From assembly GCA_951406725.2 (NCBI GenBank), contig OX597832.1:32922001-32986000 (forward strand): DNA of 64,000 nucleotides, given 5' to 3'. Numbering within the stretch: the first letter of the stretch is position 1; every line of letters starts with the position of its first letter. Under the pieces are notes generated by a model. The model was not told where the DNA came from and did not search any database. It saw only the letters and a list, made by a program, of their open reading frames with translations. Positions 1-14,695 of this stretch are shown one piece after another. Source of the stretch: Octopus vulgaris (Eukaryota). Both the position numbers and the translations under genes were made by a program.

Positions 1-619
1 ATTTATCTATTTATTTAAAGATAAAGGCCAAAACACACACACTCATACACAAATTAACACACGCATGCACTCACAGACACACATGTATAGGGATATATAT
101 ATATATATATATATAAATGTAAGAACTAAATATAATCACAGGAAGAACCCATATGTACAAGCATATAGACATTTGTATATATTCCCAATGAACTTTACTT
201 TTACGTAGTGTATGAAAATAGAAAACCTAAGGAAAGATTGAATATTTTTTTACTCCACAGCTGTTTCTGGTAACTCGGGATTACTTAGTAGTTGCAATGT
301 TCCTAATTAACAGATTCAACGGGCAAAAAAAACATGAATATGTAACCAGCAGATAGATGTGATGAGCCGTAACACAGGGTTCTTTTTTCAAGAGGGAAGA
401 TTGGTAAATAGCAGTTCACGTCGTGGTGCGCGAGATTTAAAGATTAGATGAGAGAAGAGGTAGTGAGGAGTGATGGGCAGGGGAGGGGGGATGCAGGCGG
501 CTTATAGTGGGAGAGTGGATCAAGAAGTGATAAGAAATACAAGGCCGGGAGGCTGAGATGTGTAATCGGGAGATCGATTGTCAGAAGTGGAGGAGAGTAG
601 GTAATATAGGTTAGTATTA

Positions 620-995
620 TGAAAGGAGGCTTCGTTGGTCGGGCATGTCGTTAAGCAGATACGGATCGTCGACGCTTTTGAAAACTATAAGAGATGGGGA
701 AAAATACGTAGTGAATGAGAAGGTGCAACGGAGGAGGAGAGCTGCTGCTATAAGGAGAGATTTACGAGAACGGGAAGGGACAGATTCGGTGGTTTGTATA
801 ACTTCCAATTCCAAATTTGGGGGCTAGAACTTCCACGATCTTCGATATGTATATTACTGCATATCTCTCATACGTCTCCAGAGAATAGAGATTTTGTTCT
901 TTTAGTATCTCCTAGTAGCTCATCTGTCTCACCAAGTCGATTTTCTTTGTGTAGTAGCGCTCCATTGCCTCACATTCCGCCACCAGATTCACATA
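620..995 (-). mobile_element. Decayed non-LTR retrotransposon (CR1/L2/Jockey-like) ORF2 C-terminal fragment
   Basis: Manual minus-strand translation gives VNLVAECEAMERYYTKKIDLVRQMSY*EILKEQNLYSLETYERYAVIYISKIVEVLAPKFGIGSYTN, then (shifted) VFKSVDDPYLLNDMPDQ. This matches the post-RT pattern LE.VQR..TK.I....LSY.ERL..L.LYSLERRRERY..IY.WKI..GL.PN...FK..LD..L..PD. One in-frame stop and a frameshift. Confidence 0.75.
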
Positions 996-1877
996 CAATT
1001 TTTTAAAAATAAAAACAGAAGCTTGAATTTTTAAGATACGAAGGTATTTTAAGTACCATCGATGATACTAACGATTTAAGTACCATAGATGTAATATATA
1101 ATCTAACCTTAAATTTCAAAATGTAGCTAATGAAATCATGATCACAATCACATCATGACACAGTATTCTATTCTAACATAATTTAATCCCATAATCATAT
1201 TCCTGAACCTCATTATTGCTATACTAAATAGTCCATATGATACCGCTTATAACGGCTGCATGGTATTTACATGTTATGTTAATGCTGTTTGTAGGCATAC
1301 TCATATCATTCATTGTGTTTTTTTTTCTTTAAATATGAATAAAATCTATTTAGTTTTGAAATTCAATCCAAATTCCAGGAGATGCACCTATTACGTGGGA
1401 ACACCGCATTTGAATCCATCCGATATTTAGCGGTATTTACCTCTCGTAAAGAAATTCTATAACTGCGATTACACTCCATTACTCTCATGTATAGATTAAT
1501 AAAACATGCTTAAGTAATTAATCATTTGATTAATTATCTGATTTATTATTATTTTACTATGCTGGTAATTACCTTAGTGCATTGGAAAATAATTAGTTTC
1601 TATTCTGAATTAATTAAATTCTATAAACCAAACGCTTAGAAAGCCAAGAAAACAAAATGTGATGTTTTTTGAATAGTGTATGATAATGAATAAATCGTTC
1701 ACAGCAGCTAAATATCATATCTCCGAATATACTCACGCAATTTCTGTTTAAGATCCGTCAGATTAATCATTTAAGCCTATTATAAATGTATCAGGCGTTT
1801 GTTGGAATTATGAGTGCTTGATTCTTTTAGTTTTTCTTTATCCTTATGAATATGTGTAATGTTTTAACATTGGAAAC

Positions 1878-2310
1878 ATGTGGCAATGTGGTAAGGAGTT
1901 CCATTCCTAACCACATGATTCCGCGTTCAGTGATACATTAAAGGAGGATGTTCTATGGCATCAGAAGGACCGAAACCCTCTGAGCGAATTTGGGAGACGA
2001 TAACGGAAATATATACACACATACATACACACACTCACAAACACGCACACACGCATATATATTTAGTTGTGAGCGTGTATGTGTTTGTGTCTGTGTGTGT
2101 TTTGGGCGTGTACCTTTGTCTACGTGTTTGCCTCACAACCTCCAGCTAGGCAACCGTTGTTGGTTTGTTTCTCTCCTCCGTAACTGAGGAGTTTCGTCAA
2201 AGATACCGATAAAATAAATACCAGGCTTAAAGACATAACTGCGGAGTATGATTTGTTCGTCTAAAGCCTTGAGGTTGGCGTCCCAGCATAGTTACAGTCC
2301 AATGACTATG
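1878..2310 (+). mobile_element. Degenerate tRNA-derived SINE, family B (CORE-like), with internal microsatellite
   Basis: Head tgtggcaatgtggtaaggagttccattcctaaccacatgattccgcgttcagt and tail caaccgttgttggtttgttt...accgataaaataaataccaggcttaa...cccagcatagttacagtccaatgact align by eye with the better copy at 62688-63095. Confidence 0.6.
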
Positions 2311-2632
2311 TATATATATACAAGTAGGCAAATGGTACAACAAGGCACCAATATTTACTGGAAAATAGCAATCGTAATAAATACACCGCTAACGTAATAT
2401 ACATACATAGCAATAAAAAAACATGTATAAATATATGGAGTAAAGATTGTAAATGAGAGAAGAAACACAACTCACTATGTATTAGACATAGAGTATGATC
2501 CTCCGAGGAGAAACTCACTGACTCATCTTCTCGACGAGGTTTTATATATCCGAAGAAGGATGGGATCTTTGCAATTCATTCGGTTTTCTGTAAAATAGTT
2601 TATTGCTTGTGATTTATCAAAGTAAAATACAA

Positions 2633-2674
<42 letters not shown>

Positions 2675-2787
2675 GAAGAGCAGTAAATAGAAAGGCTAGA
2701 ATGGAACTGAGGGGGTGAGAGAAAGAAAAGGGGAAATTCGGTGTGTTGTGTTCCATTACTTAATAATTGAAAAAATTTATAAACAAC

Positions 2788-2860
<73 letters not shown>

Positions 2861-4869
2861 ACATGTATATATGCATACATACATACATACTTACATAGAT
2901 ACGCACGGACACACATACACACACACCAATATATATATATATATATGCATGCACACACATATTTGGCCCGATGAGTTTACAGGTCTCTTAACATTGTAGG
3001 AACGCATGCCGACGACGAAAATCCGTTGCTATTCGTTCTGTAAGTTGTGAGGGCCATCTCTATAGTATGTCTTTTGATGATAGTACGTATTTTGGTGATG
3101 ATAGTATGTCTTTTGGATGCTCCTAATATTTAAACCTTTTGAAAGATCCATTGATTCTCGTAGACTGTGTTATCTAATCGGCACTTACTGTCGCAAAATG
3201 TCCAACTCTTTGCGTTGCTAGAAATTCTATGACATTTTCTTCTAGCTTCGTGGAATCAGTCGATGTTTGTTATTTTCTTATTGCATTAGACTTTCTAGTT
3301 GTTATAATTCCATTGCATTAGTCTCCCTCACCACATTCAATGTGGATGTGTTTATGTATACATCTGTGTTTATGTATACATGTGTGTTTGCAGTTTCCAG
3401 TGCTTCTCTTTATTAGATATAATGCAAACATTAGTTTTCACATTTATATAACTTTACATATATTCATGCATATATATATACATATATATATATATGTATA
3501 TATACACACACGTATGTATGTATGTATGCATGTATATTTATATACATATAGGCTCATGAATTTCACTCACTGAACCATGTATGTGTGTTGTCAAAACACG
3601 TATACAGTGTAGTTCCGTCCTCCATAAATCCCTTCCTTTTCTCACCACATATGTATAACACCCAAAGTGAAGATATTAAATAACTTCTTAAAGCGGCCCA
3701 TTAATCTAATGACATCCCAGATCACTTAACGACTCTTGTATGCATTCTATGCACGGTGATAACCGTTAAACATTTGGGTTTGAAATAAAGCTTTTGACAG
3801 ATAAATTTATTGGCAAATAAGTGTTGTTTTATAACCTCCTTTATCATACCCGACGGTAATTATTTAAGGTGTTAGATGATTCGGTTTAAGAGTGCATGAG
3901 TGGAATGACTAGGAAATTTTATGTTGTAAATTCGCCCTTATTTGTACTGTAGTTTTGTTCTATATTTCGTATGGAGGATTTCGATATCTATATGCTATCA
4001 ATGCCTTTCCCATTTTATTAGCAATGTTCAATGTTTCAAGACAGAACATCTACTTAACACTTAATTACGTAATTGACCCAATAAGGGTACATCTAGTTGA
4101 CTGACCGGTTTTTAAGAGATCGCAGTCAATTCAGCATCATAGGATTTTTAGAAAGTAGTGGAATGAAATGATCTCAGAAATACAACGGCTTATAATGCAC
4201 TTCTTTATTTATATTTTCTATCGCCAACGCTGCACTCGGCAGAGACACCTACACATAAATCAAGTCCTAATAAATGATATGAATTCAATCAAAGACAGGG
4301 AACCATACATAGAAAGTGCAGTCATCACTTAAGGACTCATAGGTTGTAAAAGAATCGTTGCAATAATTAAATACATACAAGAAATATATGCATAGACACT
4401 GCCAAAAGCCTCGCACGATCGACTTGAGAATATATTACCGATAATAATAAAACACACCACACTTATAATCTACGATAGTTGCTGAAATTTTTAATGGTAA
4501 CAACAAGGGGATTAATCCCATGAAAAATTCATAAGTATGAACGTGATTTACTAATTTTATTGCGAAAGGGAAATTGGCAAACAGGACGATTTCTAAAGCT
4601 CTATTAATCATAAAACATTAGGCTCTCCCACTTCCTGGCATGTGGGTCTTTCTTCACACTGTGAAACTATACGGAAGCCATCCAGAGTGAAGCTTCGAAT
4701 TCACTGTTCGTATTGTTTGTGGTAAAAATATAATTATTGTTTGCTTAAGCGTATTTCGAGATCGTTTATTATTTTTATGAATGGTAAACTTAAAACAAAC
4801 ATAGAACACACCGTATACAAATAAAGAATACATTAAGAAACACACACACATATATATATATATACATAC

Positions 4870-4911
<42 letters not shown>

Positions 4912-4917
4912 ATATAT

Positions 4918-4986
<69 letters not shown>

Positions 4987-5654
4987 TAGATAGATGGATA
5001 GGTAGATAGACTCATATGTATTATGCATTTGTATACAAACATCTACATCCTTTTTTTTTCGGAAAATTTGCCAACTTTACTGATTTTCTGATTTCAAACT
5101 CTTTACACAGGTTTTATTCTGATCACTCGTAGCCACCAAAAAAATATGGATATTGGTAAATGCAGATATGAAAGCGTTAACATGAAAAGCGAATATTGAC
5201 TAAGGTTGCCATACTCTATCACTTACTACAACAAAGAAGAGAAGATTGAAAGATCCTATGGACTTTCATAACACATGTTATCATTAATCTCTTCTTCACA
5301 TATTCCGCTTTATATGTCTAGTGAAATTATCTCTTTAAAAGATCGATGCACATATTGAAAGATCAATCTAAGTTCAATAATCACAAAAATTAGAAATTAA
5401 AAGCAAACATTTTAATACATATTATGTAAGATAATATGCATTTGTAAAACCAATTTTAAATCGATTTTCATTCCCCATGTCTCTTCAATAAATTCTCTGA
5501 TCGAATACAATCTCAATGTGATGATGTAACTGGTAGAACAGTAGCCTGGGAATAAACAAATCAATACCTATCAATTGAATTTGTTCGATGTTCTTTCAAT
5601 CTCATTCTGTTGTTTACAAACTTACTTTTATTATTTTATGGATGGATAAGTGAA

Positions 5655-5835
5655 GTGAGCTTGCAGAATTGTTAAAGTCGAACGAAATACTTAGCAACAT
5701 TTCTGCCGGTTCTTTACTTCAGAGTTCAAATCTCGCTGACGTCTACTTTGCCGTATATATTTCGAGGGTCGGTGAAATAAAGAACACGTCAAGTACTGGG
5801 GTTGATATCAACGACTAACCCTCCCGAATTTGGAA
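5655..5835 (+). mobile_element. tRNA-derived SINE, family A (degenerate)
   Basis: gagcttgcagaattgttaa (A-box-like) ... gagttcaaatctcgctgacgtctactttgcc (B-box plus central domain) ... tactggggttgat, homologous to the copies at 29578 and 40567. Confidence 0.7.
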
Positions 5836-6405
5836 TAACTACTCTGTGAAGCAATGCTGTGGAGTTCAAGAGAAGTCGGTAGATTGTGTCTCCAACAAGG
5901 TATTTTGCGATGCCCTTAAAGACAGGAACATCCCAGCATCCCCTCGTACCTACGTACAAAAAAATGGGAGAATGGCTGTATGTGTTAAGGGTTTGCTTTG
6001 TAACCCTCTGGTACTACGTTCGGTGTTATAGCCAAATTTCGGTATCTACGTAAATTAGCTTCGTAGAATTATATGCTAGTCGTCACTCACAAGCGAGTAT
6101 TACGTGGTACTTGGACCAAAGATTTTGCTAAATATTTAGGTACACATATTTAGGTACAAAAAGATTTTTGTCCGATGGGAAAGCTACAGAAAAAAGAACT
6201 GATCCAGCCATCAGTTGGTACGAATTTATTGCAATGTAAACTGGATCAAGATCAACCTTGAACTAGGAAAGAATGCACTTCTCAGGCTCGGAACCCGGTC
6301 ACTTAAGGAACCACGAATTTTCACTGATACGTGTAGAAGTATATATGAACGTGCGGGTTTGTGTATGCTTATATGATTCTGCTTGAGTGTGTCTCTGAGT
6401 GTATG

Positions 6406-6459
<54 letters not shown>

Positions 6460-6817
6460 ACTGAAAAAGCATTCAAATGTTTTTTTTGCTCATAAATCCT
6501 TTGCACCATATGTTACTGGTTTTTGGCGCAAACCGACCGGAGCGCTAATGGATTTATAACATCGGAGGATTTGGAACTTTTTTGCCAAGTCGCTCATACA
6601 GATGAGGGTTAAGGCTCACGGGTGAAAACCCGATACCATGGTATATGACCATCTGAACAGCATAATCTTTATACTTATGCTTTTCAATTCTTTGTCCGTT
6701 TCCTCGCATACTGTTATTTTCTATGATTTTGGTGCGTCCTAACGGTTGAAAATAGACTTTAGTTCTCATTTCTGAATATCTGAACAAGTCGTTCACTGCA
6801 TCGTTTAAGCTTCGTGC

Positions 6818-6861
<44 letters not shown>

Positions 6862-6944
6862 TGTGTTTACATACACATATATTTGTATAAATTCGCATAT
6901 TTTTTTGTGTTTATATATATATGTATATTCAAAGTGTAAAGACC

Positions 6945-7262
6945 CACTTCAGTCATAAATGGCCATAGGATTGCACCTAGGAAGTTGCCCTCCGAGGTAC
7001 CAGTCGGGGCAGGGCTAAACGTAGAAGACTAGCAGTCGCCTATGCATACCAGCCTCCCGTCTTCACACCACTGATGTTATCCAAAGAAAAGCAGAGTCTG
7101 GTGCAGTGATGTGGTATCTCATTTCTACACCTGGCTGAACTGGAGCAACGTGAAGTAAAACGTTTTCTTCAAGAACACAACACACAGTCCGATCCGGAAA
7201 TAGAACTCACTACCTCACGATTGAGAGCCCGACGCTCTAATCACTGAACAATGAGTCTTTAC
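6945..7262 (-). mobile_element. tRNA-derived SINE, family C
   Basis: Reverse-strand tRNA-like head (ggaaatagaactcactacctcacgattgagagcccgacgctctaatcactgaa on +). The body ctggagcaacgtgaagtaaaa...caagaacacaac is shared with 13625-13965 and 22510-22725; 20700-20956 has a similar head. Confidence 0.7.
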
Positions 7263-7656
7263 ACACACATACATGCATATATACACACACAGTTACGTGC
7301 ATATGTGCACACACATATACACGCATATATATATATACTTTTAATACGTTTATACAAACAATAATTTATGTGTGTGTTTCTATACAAAAACACACGCTCG
7401 GACGCACACGTGTATCAAACGTATCTCTCTCACTTGGTTTCTTTCTCAGTCTAAAATTATAAGAGCATCCTCATATCCTGCCTTTCCTTCTTTTTCCTCC
7501 TTTCTTTCTTTCTTTCTTTCATTCTATCTTTCTTTCCTTCTTTCAATCCTCTTCAAACCTAATACATCATTTCCACACTGCCCAAGCCAACCCACAGCGC
7601 ATGGAAACAAACCTAACCAAAGCATAAACACACACACAATCCAACATCAACATCAG

Positions 7657-7739
7657 TGAAGAAGAAGAAGTAGTAGAAGAAGAAGAAGGTGAAGAAGAAG
7701 AAGGTGAAGAAGAAGAAGAAGAAGAAGAAGAAGAAGGAA

Positions 7740-7826
<87 letters not shown>

Positions 7827-7876
7827 AAGAAGAAGAAGAAGAAGAAGAAGAAGAAGAGGAAGTTGAAGAAGAAGTG
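7657..7876. repeat. Compound trinucleotide microsatellite (GAA)n-(AAT)n-(AAG)n
   Basis: Directly visible; source of the poly-K/N and poly-F/L ORFs. Confidence 0.95.
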
Positions 7877-8350
7877 AATGTATAAGAAAAATGTGAAACC
7901 TAATTTGAAAGATAACATTCCATTTGTGCTCCTCGTAATTGCATTACGTACAACACACAAATGTTATGTGGAGATCTTCTTTCTTGCTTCTTTTTCTTCC
8001 TAGTTTCCTTCCGTCTTTCCTGCCTTCCATCTTTGTATTCATCTAACATGTCGGCTCTTTAGTAAAATCTGCACCTGCATACGGCAGGAAATGCGGCTCT
8101 CGTTAAAGGCCGATTTTAATCTAGTGTGTTTGGCTTGCCTGACTCTCGTTCGATCAATGCAAACGGCAACAACGTGGAAATGTGATATATATATGTCAGG
8201 CACAACATCACCAGAAATGAAATATACCTTACGCCGCATGTGGATGAGCTTGTTTACGACATTTATTTATTACATCCTAATGGCCACCATTCTTTCTGTT
8301 ATAATTCCGTTCATGTGAAGTTGTATTTTATAGATACAGGGATATGTGTA

Positions 8351-8405
<55 letters not shown>

Positions 8406-8458
8406 GTGTATCTCTATATAAATAGATATACTTATATACATGTATTATATATATATGC

Positions 8459-8506
<48 letters not shown>

Positions 8507-9039
8507 TTATATATATACATATATATACATATATATATCTATATATATATATACATATATATATAAACATATACATATAGACACACACGCATATATATAA
8601 TTATATACACACATATATATCAAATAGAGATATGTGTGTATTCGCTTTTCACGCGAAAACGGCATCACCAATTGCTTCCATACTCGTGATGCATGAATAA
8701 TTTGACCTCCGACACATGTTAGGCTCTTCATGTGATTATTTTATTAAAGATAAATAAACATTGCTTGATATTTGTGATTTACTTCTTTAAAAAGTCTTCT
8801 CAATGTCAACTTCCGGTATTGACGTAAAAATGGCCTCTCACTCTCTTTTAATGTTTTCATTTCTATGTTTTCATTTTAAGTTTTCATTCGCTATTTGTAA
8901 ACAACTACGATAAATTACTGAAAGAAATCTTTACTGAGTTCACAAATTTAAATATTCGGTTCAACGTGCTTATATTTCTACGATTTTTTCATTCCATATT
9001 TATTCATTCATATTTACTCATTCATTTTTTGCAAAGGTC

Positions 9040-9087
<48 letters not shown>

Positions 9088-9559
9088 GCACGCACACTCC
9101 AGGTTTGATTTCCTTATTACACAAACGTCACATTAAAATTTTACAATCCAACATGAGGCGTCCAAAAAATATGGGCATTATTTTGCTTAAACTCGCACAC
9201 TTCGTTAGTTTCAGAAAAAACTGTTTATCTATGTTCTTCTGTACGCCGTGTTCAGTTCTATGCATTTGTTGTCAGCCACACAGCACACATGTATTTTTGC
9301 ATGTACGTTTGCATACATTTATATATGTGTATGCGTGCGAGTGAGTGTTGTCATGTATACGTACATACATAAATACATAAGCATACATCTTTTTGGCACA
9401 CAGCCAGAAGATGTATGCCTGTTTATTTATGTTTGTGCTTATACATGACAACAAACCTCTTCACTCGCTCTCTCTCTCACACTCACACACGCATACACAT
9501 ACACACACACACAGCCGTCCATTTCATCTGATGTTCTATACTGTATGCATATGTATCTC

Positions 9560-9644
<85 letters not shown>

Positions 9645-9654
9645 GCCTGCGTCG

Positions 9655-10143
9655 TTCCACAAATTCTCCTTCAATACTAATGTGCGAGCTTTATTATATG
9701 GGGTCCAATGTGTGAAACAGTTTTGAACTTGTCTCCTCCAATTAGGAAATGGGAAAGTACCATTTGATGAGAACGGTGATATCAGATTGGCTCATATTGC
9801 TATCATGGTGAATTCCCCAGCTGAGTTGAAGAACAGGGTATTTCCAGACATAAGTAATAATTGTATTTCACATAAATGTTTATGTGAAAGGGCAATTCCT
9901 ACTCCAAAAAATGAGACGGTAGCAATAATTAACCATGAATTAATGAATAACATGCCAACAGTCATTAAGAAGTACAAATCAGTTGATTATACTTGATGAA
10001 AACCAAGCTGTCCATTACCCAACAGAGTTCCTTAATTCACTTGAGAGTCCTGGAACTCCTCCGCATAAACGTTTTCTGAATGTAGGAGTCCCAATAATGC
10101 TTCTAACAAATTTAGATCCTCCTAAATTATGCAATGGGACATC
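9655..10143 (+). mobile_element. Helitron RepHel fragment (PIF1-family helicase domain), frameshifted
   Basis: Translations FSFNTNVRALLYG, LLQLGNGKVPFDENG, ELKNRVFPDI...CLCERAIPTPKNETVAIIN...YKSVD and [45 protein letters not shown] match Helitron PIF1 motifs (L..NMR; ERAILAP.N; YPTEFLNSL...G.PPH.L.LKVG.PIMLLRNL.PP.LCNGT). Frameshift near 9990. Confidence 0.9.
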
Positions 10144-11953
10144 CCGTTTATTTACGATAATTCACTTTCAATATCGATCTCTATTTCTTAATTCACTAAT
10201 TGGTAAAAATGTTTTCTATTATAACTATACTTAACAAAAAACTATGAGTGGAATCTCGTTTTGGTGAGAGGTTTTCTTTTCAAGCCTGGTAGGTTTAATA
10301 CGTTCTTTGAATGTGGATCAACTCCTCGGTCTTGGCTCAACCTTTACATAACATAAAACTGTTGTAAGTTATGAGAAGTTCCCGTTTTACGGTTCTATAT
10401 CCCCATAGCTTAATGATTGCTTCATGTTGCAGTTACTCTCGAACAGAATTTTACAAATCAGACGGCAAATCATAGAGTTCCTATAAAAACCCGTGAAACT
10501 GACCGTTCTTACTCACACGAAATCATAAAAATATATTAATGAATTTTAATTTATTGAAACTCAGATCCGAACATATGAATTATTTTATTATGGCACAACA
10601 AGGCCATCTGGTTACTTCCACTTCTTTTTAAAGAACAGAATACATTTTATGCTTGATTTCTCTAGTCTATGTATCTCTCTATAGAAACATAACTTACGTT
10701 TTACGAGTATTAAGTTTTCTCCGCTGCTGTGGATTATCAAACATTGGTTAGAAACTTTAGTTCGTGAACAAGATTAAAGAGTTTTCGAATGGGGTCGAAT
10801 ATAAAATTAAGACGTCAAACTACTAAAATACAAGCTATTGTGGCCTCTATATATCATACCATATACTGGAATATTTCTTATACATAAGGTGACTAAAATA
10901 TATATCGTACGATAAGATGGAATCAGTATATAAATAAATTCATTACAAGAGCGGTCTCTGCAGAGCGTATCGAACGCAGGATATTTTATAGAGATAAGTC
11001 CTTCATAACACTGGCTACAATTTATCGCATCAGACGCCGGACTATTTATATATAAACATTAAATACAGTATTACACTGGGCAACCTTTATCATAAAATAA
11101 AGTACAATCTCCGAATAAAGTAAGTTTCTTCCGTTAGAACGCAAATAATATATTCGAACAGTAAATAATGAGACTCTCGAACAAAAGAAAACAATCATTA
11201 AATAATTTGCATAAAAAACGAATGTATAAATATATATGTGTGTGTGTGTGTGTCTGTGTGTGTCTGTGTGTGTGCATGTGTGTGTGGGTGGTTGTTTGTG
11301 CGCACGTGCGTATGAGTGTGTGTTTGTGTATATACGAAAATCCGGAAGTGCAAAAGTCATTTTAAAAAATCTCATGAGCGACTAAGGGTATAAATTAGCA
11401 TTTTAACAACTTTTATAGGAAATTGAAAAACCAGAAACGTAAGAGAATAGTGAAATGTCTGTCGAGATTATCTCGCAATCAATATTTTGTATCTTAATTG
11501 GTGTTATTATTATTATTATTATCGTTATCATTATTATTATCGTTATTATTATCGTAATTATTATTATTATTATTATTATTATTGTCTGAGCGGTCTTTTT
11601 TTCCTTTCTATTTGGTATTTGCCACATTGCCTACCCACGTCGCCCTCAACGCTCTTGCAAATTTTTATTTATCTACTTTAATAAATTTTGACTTTTTTAC
11701 GACTGTTTAATGATAACATAAACAGAACAAGTCTCACCTACCCCCACTCAGCACACACACACACACGGGCCTATGTGTAAGTGAGTATGTGATTTATGTG
11801 TGTACCAGTGTGCGTATACGTGTGTATGCGTGTGTGTGCATTTGTGCAGGCGCGTGAATGTATGAATGTATTTGCTTCTATGTTTTAAAATTTTATTGCT
11901 CTTAGTTTAGACACTTATAAATATAGGCTTAATTATGCATAATGTCATACAGC

Positions 11954-11997
<44 letters not shown>

Positions 11998-12063
11998 AGT
12001 GTGTGTTTGTGCGTATGTGTTTGAGTTTGCACGGCATTTGGGTGTATGTATATATGTATGTGA

Positions 12064-12128
<65 letters not shown>

Positions 12129-12297
12129 CATACATATATACATACATGCATTGGTACATTTATACACACACATATATTCTCGTATGTGTGCCCGTATATA
12201 TCTATGCCTGGCTTTATAAGGATGGGACAGATAAACAACCGTTCAGATAGACATGAGTATATGCATGTGTGTATGTGTGTGAATATATATATATATA

Positions 12298-12351
<54 letters not shown>

Positions 12352-13277
12352 CGTTGCAGAGAGAAGTGCTTGTGTGTTCGCGTCCCCGTATGATTTGCAT
12401 ACGACATTTATGTTTGATAACGGAAATGAATTTCAGATTTATGTGCAAACTTCATGGATTGGAAATTAACTTTATTATGGCGTATGTTTAAAATTGCTCT
12501 ATATCTTACAACTACTTTCATTTTTATGGCTGTTTTCTTCGTATTCTCGTTATTTCTTACTATTAGTCAACTCTCCATCTCTCTCTTTCATCTGGCATCG
12601 GGCACATTTCACTTGATTGCTAATAATACCTCGCGATGCCCGTCCTCACAACATTGTCCTGTCTGATGAGTATATTACACACACACAACACACACATTGT
12701 GTTTGTCTGTGTGTGTATATTAGTACCTTCATGTTTTAAGACCTGAAGATGTGACATCCGGAAATCTAACTGTAATTCATTGTAGCCCGAGCATTTGTAT
12801 ATTCGCTTCTTAATTGTATGGTACATCTGGCCGTGTCCGTTATTGTTGCTGTTGTTGTCATTCTCGCTACTAGTTCCACTGTCGTTGTTATTGCTCTCCT
12901 TTTGGATACATCGGGGACAAATCTAATCAAGCCGACACATTATTAAATGTATTTCGTTCGTAACCATATCGTATGTATAGTGTTATATATGTCCACCGAG
13001 ATGGTAGAATTTTATTTGCATTTGTTTCCGTTGTCTAACCTCAGAATAGTTCTGATCAGTGGAACCTGTTATCAAAGAGATTATAGTTTTAATCTTTAGA
13101 AAGTTTTGAGAAAGTGAAGATACGAGCTTTCAGTTTTAAAACAGGGGCGTTTGATTTGAGAGAACTTCATTATTTATTTTATCAGTTCTCGCAATCAGTT
13201 AATGCTTAATTCACAGGTCCCAGAATCGATAGAATCGATTGGATGAGATAAAGGGGTCACTTATCAGAATTTCAAAC

Positions 13278-13612
13278 TCGTTGGTTCGGGGTTCAACCCC
13301 ACTGCATGGCATTTCGGAGAAGTGTCTTTCACTATGGCCTCGGGTTGCCTAAATACCTGTGAGTGGATTAGTAAAGAGAAACTGAAAGAATTCCAGTGCT
13401 ATATGTTAGTGTGTGCGCGTCTTTGTGTCTGAGTTTGTCGCCCACTACGCCGATGATGGTGTGTTTACGTCTCGTTACTTACCGATCCGGCCAGAGACAG
13501 ATAGAAGAAGTGCCAGCCTTAACAAAAGTAAGTACCGAAGGCAATTCGTTCCATAAGAATTCCTCAAGGTGGTGCCCCAGCATAGCCGCAGTCTAATGAC
13601 TGAAGCACATCT
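13278..13612 (+). mobile_element. SINE family B
   Basis: ggggttcaaccccactgcatggcatttcggagaagtgtctttcactatggcctcggg...gtgagtggatt...gaaactgaaagaa, and tail ggtgccccagcatagccgcagtctaatgactgaagca. Confidence 0.75.
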
Positions 13613-13624
13613 TTAGATAAAAAA

Positions 13625-13965
13625 GACATCCTTTAGTTGCGCATTCCCGGATGGCTTCTGGAAATGATGATGCCAGTCTCCTCTCGTAGTCCAAGAAAGA
13701 CGATTCTGCAATTTCTTGCTGAACACCCTGTACAAATAATCTGTCTGCACTGATGAAAGTTTTGTCCTGCACATTAATGCACACTCTCCATTATATCAAC
13801 GTTACCTGAACAGGTGTACTGTGTACCTGTGTACCACACGTCAGGTGTAGAGGCAGAGGAACGTGAAATGGAGTGTTTTCCTCTAGAAATAATGCAGCAT
13901 CCGGTCCTCGATTTCGAAACAACGATCTCGCTTTCATGAATGTAGCGGCTTAACCACTAGGCCAT
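13625..13965 (-). mobile_element. SINE family C (degenerate)
   Basis: ggaacgtgaaatggagtgttttcctc...gatttcgaaacaacgatctc...cttaaccactaggcca is the reverse of a tRNA-like head plus body, as at 6945-7262. Confidence 0.55.
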
Positions 13966-14022
13966 GCTCCACATGGAAATAGGAGAAACTCTAATCACTG
14001 CCATTTGTGGTCTCTCTTTCTC

Positions 14023-14084
<62 letters not shown>

Positions 14085-14464
14085 GCTCTCAAACACTCAC
14101 ACACACACAGACTTTATTTACTTCCATTTTCAGTTGTTTGCTATCTCTCCCTCTCCCTTTCACACTGTTTCTCTTCCACATCCAACGAATACATCGGTAA
14201 ATTAGTTTTCGAAAACGTTCCCCACGAGATTAGAATACACACAAGAGCCATTTTATAAGGTGCAGCGGAAAAGGTTTTAGAACTCTTGCTTTGGTATATC
14301 CCCCCAAAATGCTACTCACTTTCGGGCTTGGACTGTGCTCGAAATCAAAATCAGAAATCTATGAGAATTAAAAAAACGGTTAGTAACTTATTAATGTACT
14401 TAAGTATATAAATGAGTGACGGTTACTGTTCCATTCGAATGGTTTCGTTGGAGATATATATATA

Positions 14465-14695
14465 TCTCTGTGTATGTCTTTCTGTTTGTGTTTGTCCCAC
14501 GTCTCACCAACACTTGACAACCGGTGTTGGTGTGTTTACGTTCCCGTTACACAGTGGTTCGTCAAAGAGGCCGATAGAAAAAATACCAGGTTTAAAAATA
14601 TGTATTCCTCAACTAGAAAAAGAAAGAAAAGCATTTAAGGCGGTTCCCAGGCATGGCCGCAGTCAAGGGGTTGAAACAAGTAAAAGATATAAGAA
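14465..14695 (+). mobile_element. SINE family B, 3' portion
   Basis: cttgacaaccggtgttggtgtgtttacgttcccgttac...gttcgtcaaagaggccgatagaa...gcatggccgcagtcaa...gaaacaagtaaaaga matches 62900-63090. Confidence 0.75.

Noticed and set aside
2965-3340. Possible LINE endonuclease remnant on the minus strand (KLEENVIEF / KELDIL; QKV*ILGASK)
   Set aside because: Compatible with two different element types and heavily disrupted; cannot be assigned by eye.
6530-6820. Possible RTE C-terminal remnant on the minus strand (VYFQPLGRTKIIENNSMRG)
   Set aside because: Similarity too weak, with no diagnostic motif.
9787-10234. Host PIF1 helicase gene
   Set aside because: Frameshifted, truncated at both ends, no splice structure, and the motifs are of the Helitron type.
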